A stretch of DNA of 64,000 bases from an uncultured Spirochaetaceae bacterium (lineage in GTDB: Bacteria > Myxococcota_A > UBA9160 > UBA4427): contig CAYYSY010000105.1 in the NCBI GenBank assembly GCA_964474355.1, forward strand, positions 7,649-71,648, in the 5' to 3' direction. How positions within the stretch are numbered: the first letter of the stretch is position 1; each line of letters starts with the position of its first letter. Of the stretch, positions 17,955 to 27,500 are shown piece by piece. The position numbers and the translations under genes are program-made. The notes under the pieces are model-generated. The model saw nothing but the letters and a program-made list of their open reading frames with translations, was not told the DNA's origin and did no database searches.

Positions 17955-20603
17955 TCAGGCGCCTTCGGGCTCGGCGACGCCCCGCACGAGCGCGAAGAAG
18001 CCCAGCGCGTAGATCGCCGCCGCCAGTGCGATCACCGCCGAGATGCCGATGGCCATGGCGAGCAGGATGCAGAGCGTCGAGGCGAGCACCGAGAGGAAGC
18101 CGTTGATCGCCCACGCCCACGGGATCAGCGCCGGCGCGGCCCGCTCGAGGAGCCGCAGCCCGAGCGGGAAGGGCATGCCGAGCACGAAGCCGAGCGGCGC
18201 GACCACCGCCACGGTCAGCGCCCCGCGGACGACGATCGGCGCGCCGAGCGCGAGCGGCAGCAGCAACGACGTCGCGAGCCACTCGAAGAGGAAGACCACG
18301 AGGATCGCCGCGCCGAGGCGCCGCAGCAGCCTGGCATCGACGTCCTCGAAGCGGCCCGCGAAGAGTGAGCCGAGCCCCGCGAAGCCGAGCAGCGACGTCA
18401 GCACCACCGAGAGCGAGTACGTCGGGTGCCCGAGAAAGAGCACCATCTTCTGCATCAGCACGATCTCCATGAACATGAAGCCCGTGCCGAGCGCCGCGAA
18501 GTAGACGAAGACCGGCCAGCGGTGCGGCGACGCGAGCCCCCTGCGGTCGAGCGAACGCAGCGGCCACAGGATCGCGATCGCAGCGAAGAGCGCGATCTGC
18601 ACGAGCGAGGCCAGCAGCACCATGTGGCCGACCGGGAAGTCGGGGTGGTACGGATCGGTCGCGAGCAGGGCGAGCAGCTGCGCAGGCTCGTGCGCCTCGA
18701 ACTCGGCCGGGTCGAGCTCGGGCTGGCCGCCGGGCAGAAGCCCCGAGTACTTGTAGTAATTGAAGAAGAAGGGCGAGTCGTCGGACGGCACGCTCACGTC
18801 GTACTCGTAGCGAGCCTCGAAGTCGCTCTGCTCCTCGGGCGTGCCGCGAAGCAGCGCGGCGAAGACGACCTGCGCCTCGCGCACACCCGGGCCCGGCTGC
18901 GCCGCCGCATCGGACGTCGGCGCCGGCAGCGGCGTCCCCGGCTCCCACAACGGATCGAAGACGAGCCCGTGGAAGCCCTGCAATGCGGCGAAGGCGCGCA
19001 GCCCCTCGACCTCGACCTCGGTGAACGGCCCCTTGCGGATCAGCGTCGACGCCCAGTTCTTGCCCTTGAAGACGACTACGTGCGACGCCGGGTCCTCGAC
19101 CCCCGCGGCGCGCAACGCGTCGACCGCCACGTAGGCGAGCCGCAGGGTCTCACGCGGCCGCTTCGGGTGGTGCATGAAGAAGCGCGAGTAGTTGATGATG
19201 CCCCCCTCGTTCAGGTGGGCATGGAAGTCCTGGATCGCTTCGCGCGTATAGAGGTAGCTCTCGGCCAGGGTGTAGGCGCCGGTCGAGAGCGCCGTGAACG
19301 AGTCGACGCCCGACATCTGGATCACGTCGTAGCGATCGTCGTGGCTGCGCACCCAGGCGCGCCCCTCGGCGTTCACCAGGTCGATGCGATCCGAGAGCGC
19401 GTGCGCACCGGGGCGGAAGAGCCCGCCGAGATAGTCGTCGAAGCGCTCGGTGACCATCTCGACCATCGCGGGGTTGAACTCGACGGCGGTCACGTGCTTC
19501 GCACCGTTATAGAGCGCGACCATCACGTCGACGCCGCCACCGACGCCGATCACGAGCACCTCGGGCGGCGGCGCCCCGCGCGCCTCGCGTGCGACGTAGG
19601 CGGTCGCGGCCTGGGTGTCGTCGAGGAACGCGAACGAGCCGACGTCGGCCGCGTCGCGGTAGAGCATGGTCGGCGCCGTGCCGTCCTGGCCGACCTCGCG
19701 TGCCTCGATGCGGCGGCGGTCGACGTTGCCGAAGTTGCCGCCGATGCCCGGCAGCTTTTTCCCGGTCGGCCCGACCTCGACCTCGGCAGCGGCCGACGCG
19801 ATGCGCACGATCTCGGCGCCCTCGGGCATGCGCGCGAGCTCCTTGCCGGGCGCGAAGGGGATCTGCCACTCGACAGTCCCGGATCCGAGCAGGATCGAGA
19901 GCGCGAGCGTCCCGCACCCGAGGGCGAGCGGGAGGCGCAGCGTGCGTGGATCGACCGCCCATGCGAGCGCCGACGCGCCGGCGAGCCCCATGGTGGCGGC
20001 GCCGAGCGCGGCCGAGCCCGGGCCACCGACCGCGAGCCAGACGACGCAGATGACGCCGCCGAGCGCCGAGCCTGCGAGATCGGCGAAATAGAGCGCGTTC
20101 ACGTGATGCACCGCGTGGGTCAGGAGCCGGCCGATCACGAGCCCGCCGAGCCCGAACGGCACGATCACCACGAGGTAGATCACCGCGAGCCAGACCAGAT
20201 TGATCTTCTCCCGCCACAGCGAGAGCGTGTCGATGGGGATGCGCGTCACGATGAAGAAGACGACGACCACCGACAGACCGAACGCGGTCGACCACACGAC
20301 GAGGCTGCGGTCGAGGGCGTCGTCGCCGGCGGCGGCGCCCTCCCCTCTCGCGGTGAGCCAGCTGCCCGCTGCGCCGAAGCCGAGCATCGCGACCGACACG
20401 GCCATGTAGGTCAGGTGATGCCACATCATGATCGCGAAGACGCGCGTCAGCGCGATCTGCAGCACGAGCACCGCTGCAGCGACGAGGCCGATGCCGAGAT
20501 AGACGCCGACGTGCAGACGACCACCGTGCGCAGCGGCGGCCGGGGCGGGGCGATCGCCGCCGTCGGGAGACGACGGGGCGGGCGTGGTCGAGGGCGCGTC
20601 CAT
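17955..20603 (-). CDS. Polytopic membrane protein with central spermidine-synthase-like SAM-binding domain
   Basis: N- and C-terminal TM bundles (LYFADLAGSALG; WAWAINGFLSV) around VLVIGVGGGVDV, AVEFNP, AEGR, YDVIQMSG; start ATG 20603 (alternative 20678). Confidence 0.75.
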   Translation of the reverse strand: MDAPSTTPAPSSPDGGDRPAPAAAAHGGRLHVGVYLGIGLVAAAVLVLQIALTRVFAIMMWHHLTYMAVSVAMLGFGAAGSWLTARGEGAAAGDDALDRSLVVWSTAFGLSVVVVFFIVTRIPIDTLSLWREKINLVWLAVIYLVVIVPFGLGGLVIGRLLTHAVHHVNALYFADLAGSALGGVICVVWLAVGGPGSAALGAATMGLAGASALAWAVDPRTLRLPLALGCGTLALSILLGSGTVEWQIPFAPGKELARMPEGAEIVRIASAAAEVEVGPTGKKLPGIGGNFGNVDRRRIEAREVGQDGTAPTMLYRDAADVGSFAFLDDTQAATAYVAREARGAPPPEVLVIGVGGGVDVMVALYNGAKHVTAVEFNPAMVEMVTERFDDYLGGLFRPGAHALSDRIDLVNAEGRAWVRSHDDRYDVIQMSGVDSFTALSTGAYTLAESYLYTREAIQDFHAHLNEGGIINYSRFFMHHPKRPRETLRLAYVAVDALRAAGVEDPASHVVVFKGKNWASTLIRKGPFTEVEVEGLRAFAALQGFHGLVFDPLWEPGTPLPAPTSDAAAQPGPGVREAQVVFAALLRGTPEEQSDFEARYEYDVSVPSDDSPFFFNYYKYSGLLPGGQPELDPAEFEAHEPAQLLALLATDPYHPDFPVGHMVLLASLVQIALFAAIAILWPLRSLDRRGLASPHRWPVFVYFAALGTGFMFMEIVLMQKMVLFLGHPTYSLSVVLTSLLGFAGLGSLFAGRFEDVDARLLRRLGAAILVVFLFEWLATSLLLPLALGAPIVVRGALTVAVVAPLGFVLGMPFPLGLRLLERAAPALIPWAWAINGFLSVLASTLCILLAMAIGISAVIALAAAIYALGFFALVRGVAEPEGA

Positions 20604-20769
20604 CGAAGCGGGCAACGCTAGCACCCCATGACAGCGACAGAGCCATGACAGACAGACGCGATCGCGATCGGCCGACATGCATGCGACCCGACGCGCCCGG
20701 CATCACGCCCGCGCAACTCCGGCGTCAAGTCAGGCGACAGCCGAAGGTCCCGGTCGGCGCGGCGCGTCG

Positions 20770-22023
20770 TCAACGCGTCCAGCCCGAGCTCCCCCGTCCG
20801 GTCGATGCGGCTCCGCGCTCGAGCAGCGCGTCGATGTCTTTCGCCGAGTAGTCGAGCTCGCGCAGCACGTCGAGCGTGTGCGCGCCCGGGTCGGGCTGCG
20901 CGCACGTGACGCCGGTCGGCGTGTCGGTGAGCGTCGTGGGATGTCGCAGGAGCTCGATCGGCTCGCCGCCTTCGGGCGTGACGCTGCGCGTGAGGTTCAG
21001 CGCCTGGACCTGGGCGTCGGCGAACACCTCGTCCATGCCGCGCACGGCGCCACACGGCAGGTCGGCCGCCTGGAAGCGCTCGATCCAGTGCGCCGTGTCG
21101 CGCGTCGCGAGCTGCGCCTCGATCGCATCGCGGAGCACGACGCGATTCTGGATGCGCGAGACGGGGTCGGCGAAACGCGGATCGGCCTCGAAGCCCGAGC
21201 GATCGTCGAGCGCACCCAGGAACGCGTCCCAGTCCATCACCGCTGCCACGTTCACGTGACCGTCGGCGGTCGCGAACGTGCCCATGGGCGTGAGGGTCGG
21301 ATGGTCGTTGCCCGCCTGGGGTGGCACGACGCCTTCGGCGAGCCAGCGCATCGCCTGGAAGTCCATGAAGTTGATCAGCGACTCGAGCAGAGACGTGTGC
21401 ACCCACTGCCCGCGCCCGCTGCGCTCGCGCGCGAACAGCGCCGCGAGGATGCCCTGCGTGAGAAAGGTGCCCGCAGCCGTGTCCGAGATCGCGATGCCCG
21501 CCCGCCACGGTCCGCCGCCGGGCGGACCGGTCACGCTCATCAGGCCCGCGAGCCCCTGCACGATCGGATCGAGCCCGGGCCGGTCCGCATCGGGCCCCGC
21601 CTGCCCGAAGCCGGAGATGCTCGCGTAGACGAGGCGCGGGTTGCGCCGGCTGAGCGTCTCGTAGTCGATGCCCAGCCTATGCTTCACGCCGGCGCGGAAG
21701 TTCTCGACGAGCACGTCGGCCCGATCGACGAGGCGCAGCAGCACGTCGCGCCCTTCGGCCTGCTTCAGATCGAGCACGATCGAGCGCTTGCCCCGATGCA
21801 GGTTCGCGGCGTCGGAGCCGCCGAGATCGCCGCGACTCGGGTGCGCCACCTGCACCACGTCGGCGCCGAGATCGGAGAGCTGACGCACGCACGTCGGGCC
21901 CGCGCGCGCCACCGTCAGGTCGACGACGCGAATGCCCGCGAGCGCGCCGGGCTCGCCGTCCCGAGCCGCGTAGACGGTCTCGGCCGCGCCCCTCGTCGCG
22001 TCGTCCCTCGAATCGCCGGACAC
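20770..22023 (-). CDS. Family III CoA-transferase (CaiB/BaiF)
   Basis: LAGIRVVDL, AGP, LSDLGADV, RGKRSIVLDLK, ADVLVENFR, SISGFGQAGP. Confidence 0.92.
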   Translation of the reverse strand: MSGDSRDDATRGAAETVYAARDGEPGALAGIRVVDLTVARAGPTCVRQLSDLGADVVQVAHPSRGDLGGSDAANLHRGKRSIVLDLKQAEGRDVLLRLVDRADVLVENFRAGVKHRLGIDYETLSRRNPRLVYASISGFGQAGPDADRPGLDPIVQGLAGLMSVTGPPGGGPWRAGIAISDTAAGTFLTQGILAALFARERSGRGQWVHTSLLESLINFMDFQAMRWLAEGVVPPQAGNDHPTLTPMGTFATADGHVNVAAVMDWDAFLGALDDRSGFEADPRFADPVSRIQNRVVLRDAIEAQLATRDTAHWIERFQAADLPCGAVRGMDEVFADAQVQALNLTRSVTPEGGEPIELLRHPTTLTDTPTGVTCAQPDPGAHTLDVLRELDYSAKDIDALLERGAASTGRGSSGWTR

Positions 22024-22044
22024 GGCGCCCGCCCTCCTCGCGCC

Positions 22045-22851
22045 TCAGCGCCCTTCGAAGCGGGGCGCCCGCTTCTCCATGAACGCCTTCACGCCCTCGG
22101 CGAAGTCGCTGCTCTCGAAGCAGGCCGCGATCGCCGCATCGGTCTCCGCGAGATCGGCGGCGCGCTTGCCTCCCCGCAGCGCCCGCGCTGCGAGCTTCAC
22201 CGCCCGCACGGTGAGCGGCGCATTCGCAGCGATGCCCCCCACGAGATCGGCCACTCGGTCGTCGAGCTCGGCCTTCGGGTGCACGCGATTCACCAGCCCC
22301 ATGTGAAGCGCCTCTTTCGCGTCGTAGCGGCGCGCGGTCATGAGCACTTCCTGAGCGCTCGAAGGTCCGACGAGCCGCGCGAGCTGCTCGAGTGCGCCGA
22401 AGCCGTAGCCCACGCCGAGCCGGGCCGCGGGGATCGCGAACGCCGCATCGTCCGCCGCGTAACGCATGTCGGCGCAGAGCGCGATCGCGAGCCCGCCCCC
22501 GATGCAGTAGCCGTGGATGAGCGCGATGAGCGGCTTGTCGAGCCCCTCGAGCACCTCGAACACGTTGCCCCGGCTGGGATCGATGCGGGCGTCGCTCTCC
22601 CCCGCCCCCTCCCCGGCCGCGTTCGCGTCGGCCGCGGGCTGGAACTGCGAGATGTCGGCGCCCGACACGAAGGCGGTCTCGCCGGCGCCGCGCATGACGA
22701 TGACCCGCACGTCGGCGTCGCTGTCGAGCGCACGGGCGCCGGCGACGAGCTCCGCCCACATGCCCGCCGTCATGGCGTTGCGGCGCTCGGGGTGGTCGAA
22801 GACGATCTGGCCGACGCCGTCGCTTCGCTCGATGTGGACCCGGCCTGCCAT
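22045..22851 (-). CDS. Enoyl-CoA hydratase/isomerase family protein
   Basis: PERRNAM, FVSGADI, IALIHGYCIGGG, FMEKRAPRFEGR; start may be up to 22887. Confidence 0.9.
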   Translation of the reverse strand: MAGRVHIERSDGVGQIVFDHPERRNAMTAGMWAELVAGARALDSDADVRVIVMRGAGETAFVSGADISQFQPAADANAAGEGAGESDARIDPSRGNVFEVLEGLDKPLIALIHGYCIGGGLAIALCADMRYAADDAAFAIPAARLGVGYGFGALEQLARLVGPSSAQEVLMTARRYDAKEALHMGLVNRVHPKAELDDRVADLVGGIAANAPLTVRAVKLAARALRGGKRAADLAETDAAIAACFESSDFAEGVKAFMEKRAPRFEGR

Positions 22852-22948
22852 GCGATCCCGTTCCATGGGCCGAGCTTCGGCCCGCACGTCCCCTTGGCTG
22901 CGCCTCTGCGCGCGAAGCCTAGATCATGAGGCTTCGGGTCGAGTCGAA

Positions 22949-23503
22949 TCAAGCACCCTCGAGCGGCAGCGCCTCCACGAGGTCGAAGAGCCGCGCGCGC
23001 CGGTCGACCGACCAGGTATAGAGCGCGATGCGATCGAGCCGCACCGCGGGCGCGCCGAGATCGACCGCCTCGGCCCAGGCGAGCGCTGCCCTGCGTTGGC
23101 CGGCATCGGCGCGGCGGGCGATGCGCGCCAGGGTCACGTGGGGCAGGGGCGGCCGGCGATCGGGCCGCGCGCCGGCCGTGGTCAGCATCTCGTCGCGCAC
23201 CGCCGAGATGCCGTCGGCGACCGCCTCGGCACCGTCACCGAGCATCACCGAGAGCGCCGAGGGCTTCCTTCGATTGCCGAGGGCACGCAGCCCGGCGAGC
23301 TGCACGTCGAGGGGCCCAGTCGGCCACGTCACGGCGAGGGCGAAGGCCCGCCGAGCGGCGCTCTCTTCGACCGCGCCCAGAAACGCGACGGTGGCGTGCA
23401 GATCGGTGGCCGCGAAGAGCCGCACCTCCGCCGGTGGCGGTGGCAACGCATCGAACCACGCGCCGGCCGCGACGGGCAGGCCCACGAACCAGTTGGGACG
23501 CAT
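22949..23503 (-). CDS. thpR: 2H phosphoesterase; RNA 2',3'-cyclic phosphodiesterase (ThpR/LigT-like)
   Basis: Two HxT motifs (LHATVAFLG, PHVTLAR), ~184 aa. Confidence 0.75.
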   Translation of the reverse strand: MRPNWFVGLPVAAGAWFDALPPPPAEVRLFAATDLHATVAFLGAVEESAARRAFALAVTWPTGPLDVQLAGLRALGNRRKPSALSVMLGDGAEAVADGISAVRDEMLTTAGARPDRRPPLPHVTLARIARRADAGQRRAALAWAEAVDLGAPAVRLDRIALYTWSVDRRARLFDLVEALPLEGA

Positions 23504-23602
23504 CGGGGACACGGCGGGAAGATTGCCACGGTGGGGGCCGACTTTCCGCAGGCCTCGGGCAACGGGGCTGCGCTCGACGCGCGAATCGCTCATGATCGAG
23601 CC

Positions 23603-24352
23603 ATGTCCAGCGAGCCTGCCCCGCCTTCCACCCGCGCCCTCGACTTCGATCTCGACCGCTACGCGGCGGACGGCTTCGCCCTGCTCGGCCGCATCGCCGA
23701 CGACGACGAGGTCGCCGGGCTCCGCGCCGAGGAGGAGCGCTTCCGCCTCGACGTCGGCTACGGCGCGGCCGACAACCAGACCCTGCGCGTGAACGTCCAG
23801 CTCTGTCATCGAAGCCGGCCGATCCGCCGCTTCTGCACCGACGGCAGACACCTCGACGCCGTCACGCGGATCCTCGGCAAGGACGTCTGCCTGCTGCACC
23901 AGCAACTCGTGACGAAGCTGCCCGACGGCGACGACCAGCACAGCGACATCCCCTATCACCAGGACGCCGGCTACGGCCTGCTCGAGCCGCTCGTCGATTG
24001 CACGATCTGGATGCCGCTGGTCGATACCGACGAAGAGAACGGCGGGCTCTGGGTCGTGCCGGGGAGTCATCGGCACGGGCTGCTCGATCACGGCTCGGCG
24101 AAGGTCAACCCGGTGCTGCGCGAGGCGGCGCTCGAGGACGAAGCGGTGTTCGTGCCGCTGGCCGCTGGCTGCGCGGTCGCGTTCACCGGGCTCACCCTGC
24201 ACGGCTCGGGGCCGAACCACTCGGGTAGGCCACGCCCGGCGATGTTCGTGCGCTACGGCCCGCCGGAGCTGATCCTCGACCCCGACGACCCCGATGCCCG
24301 TCGCCTCGCCCTCGAAGACCCGCACACCTGGATGGTCCGCGGCGAGGCCTGA
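23603..24352 (+). CDS. Phytanoyl-CoA dioxygenase (PhyH) family protein
   Basis: YAADGF, PYHQD, IWMPL..TDEENGGLWVVPGSH, TLHGSGPN. Confidence 0.82.
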   Translation: MSSEPAPPSTRALDFDLDRYAADGFALLGRIADDDEVAGLRAEEERFRLDVGYGAADNQTLRVNVQLCHRSRPIRRFCTDGRHLDAVTRILGKDVCLLHQQLVTKLPDGDDQHSDIPYHQDAGYGLLEPLVDCTIWMPLVDTDEENGGLWVVPGSHRHGLLDHGSAKVNPVLREAALEDEAVFVPLAAGCAVAFTGLTLHGSGPNHSGRPRPAMFVRYGPPELILDPDDPDARRLALEDPHTWMVRGEA

Positions 24353-24517
24353 GCCCGCTTCCCGGCCGTCCGCGGTGAACGCCCCCCGGCGGGCCGCGGG
24401 CCGAGCTGGCGCGGCCGAGGTTTCCCCACACCGACGGGTGTTCCACGGGTAGGATGGCAGGACACCTCGCGGCCACCGCAGGCCGCCGCTGCCGCTGATT
24501 CGCTGCTGGAGAAGCCC

Positions 24518-27500
24518 TTGCCGCCCCCCCATCAGGCGCCCCGCGCGCCGCTGTGCCTCGTCCGCTTCATGCTCGCGTTCTGCCTCGTGCTCGCCACGCC
24601 GTTCACGGAGGCTCGAGCCCAGAGCTTCGGCGCGAGCAACCTCGACTTCTCAACCGTCGCGTCGATCTCCAACGGCACGTCGCTCGCGTTCGGTCCAGAC
24701 GGCCGGCTCTACGTCATCCAGCTCGATGGCACGATCGACGTGCTCTCGATCGTACGCAACGGCGTCGACGACTACGAAGTCATCGCCGCCGAAGAGTTGA
24801 GTGTCGTGAAGAACATCCCGAACCACGACGACGACGGAACGGCCGACATCAGCACGACTCGCGAGGCGACGGGCATCGCCGTCGCGGGCACCGCCACCAA
24901 CCCCGTGATCTACGCCACCTCGAGTGACTCCCGAATCGGCGGGCCGTCGGGCGACAAGGACCTCGACACGAACTCGGGCGTCATCACGCGGATCGCCTGG
25001 GTCGGGACCGACTTGAACGACCCGAACGGGGACTGGCAAGTGGTCGATCTCGTGCGCGGCCTGCCCCGCTCCGAGGAGAACCACGCGAGCAACGGTCTCG
25101 AGCTCGTGACCGTGGGTGGCGACGACTACCTGATCGTCGCCCAGGGCGGCCATACCAACGCGGGCTCGCCGTCGACGAACTTCGCGTGGACCACCGAGTA
25201 CGCGCTCTCGGCCGCGGTGCTCGCCGTGAACCTGACGGAGCTCGAGGCGATGCCGATCTCGAACGACGGCGTCCGCGACTACGTGTACGACCTGCCCACG
25301 GTGGACGACCCGACGCGCGCGAACGCGAACGGCATCACCGACCCGAACGCCCCCGGCTACGACGGCGTGGACGTGAACGATCCGTGGGGCGGCAACGACG
25401 GCCTGAACCAGGCAAAGGTCGTGCCCGGCGGGCCCGTGCAGATCTTCTCGCCTGGCTACCGGAACGCCTACGACCTCGTGGTGACGGACGGCGGCGCCGT
25501 CTACGTGACCGACAATGGCGCCAACGGCGGCTGGGGCGGCTTCCCCGACCAGGAGGGCGGCGGCTCTGCGACGAACGACTACCGCGTGGGCGAGCCGGGC
25601 TCCAACGGCGCGGACCCCGTCGACGGCGAGGCGCAGGTCAACAACCAGGATCACCTGACCCTCATCACGACCGACATCCAGACCTACGCCTTCGGCAGCT
25701 TCTACGGAGGGCACCCGGCTCCGACCCGCGCCAACCCGATCGGCGCGGGTCTCTTCGCGCGGGGCACGCACTCGAGCGATCCCGGCGACGCCAACGGCAA
25801 CACCTACACGGACGACTGGTTTCGCACGCAGCCCTACGACCCGAACGGCTCGGGCGAGGCGACGAGCGCGGCCACGGCGCTGCCCGCCGACTGGCCCCCG
25901 GTGCCGTTCGGCCTCGCCAACCCCGTCGAGGGTGACTTCCGCAACCCGGGCGGTGCGAACCCCGACGGCGCCGTCGACGCCATCGTGACCACCTGGGGCA
26001 ACAACACCAACGGCATCGACGAGTACACCGCGTCGAACTTCGCTGGCGCGATGCAGGGCGACCTCATCGCGGGCAAGAGCGGCGGCGCCCTGCACCGCGT
26101 TCAGCTGCTGCCCGACGGCAGCCTCGACACGCTGACCCAGAACTGGGTCTCGAACCTCGGTGGCAATCCCCTCGGCATCACCGCCAACGGCGACGACGAT
26201 CCCTTCCCGGGCACGATCTGGGTCGCCACGTTCAACGCCGACATCGTCGTGCTCGAGCCTCAGGACTTCGTGATCTGCATCCCGCCGACCGACCCCGCGT
26301 ACGATCCGCTGGGCGACGACGACAGCGACGGCTACACGAACGAGGACGAAGAGCAGAACGGCACCGACGCCTGCAACGGGGGCTCCCAGCCGAACGACTT
26401 CGACAAGGCGGCGGGTGCTCCCTTCGTCTCGGACTTGAACGACGAGGACGACGACGCGGACGGCATCCTCGACGCGAACGACCCCATCCAGATCGGCGAT
26501 CCGCTCGACGCGGGGAGTGACGCCTTCGCCCTGCCCGTCGTGAACGAGCTCTTCTCCGACAACGCCCTGCTCGGCGGCTACCTCGGCCTGGGCTTCCCGG
26601 GGCTGATCAACAACGGCGCGCCGAACCCGAACTGGCTCGACTGGATCGACGTGCCGGGCGATGGGCCCAACCCGAACGACGTGCTCGGAGGCGCGGTCGG
26701 GGCCATGACCATGCAGATGACCGACGGCACCGCCGTCGGCTCCGCGAACGATCAGGACAAGGGCTTCCAGTACGCGGCGCTGGTCGACCTGTCGACCGGC
26801 GGCTTCCGGGTCGAGTCGCGCATGTTGAACTTCGGCTCGGGCGAGCAGCTCTACCCCTTCGTCGGCAGCGCGCAGCTCGGCATCCAGATGGGCGACGGCA
26901 CGCAGTCGAACTTCATGCAGCTCGTCGTCACGCACGCCGGTGTCGAGTTCATGCAAGAGCTCTTCGACGTGCCGGACACGCCGCAGGCGGCGTCGATCGC
27001 CGTCGGCGAGAGACCGGTCACCAGCATGGGGCTGCGCCTCGACGTGGACAGCGCAACGGGTGACGTCGAGGCGTCGTACTCCATCGACGACGGCCCCTTC
27101 GCGACGATCGGCACCTTGACCGCGAGCGGCGCGGTCCTCCAGGCCATCCAGCAGGCCAGCGATCCGATCCACGTCGGGCTCATCGGCACGTCGAACGTCC
27201 CGGGCGACGAGGTCGAGGGCACCTGGGACTACCTGAACGTCATCGGGCGCAAGCCGACGGTGGAGGCGCCGATCGAGGACATCGAGGTGGATCTCGGCGC
27301 CACGAGCCAGGACGTCGACCTCGCTGCCCACTTCGACGATGACGACGGCGACGGGAACCTGACGTACCAGGTGATGTCGAACAGCAACGTGTCGTTCGGC
27401 CTCGCCATCGTCGGCGGCACGCTCACGATCACGTTCCCCGCCGCGCTCGCCACGACCACCATCGTCGTCCGCGCGACCGACGCGAACGGGCTCTGGGTCG

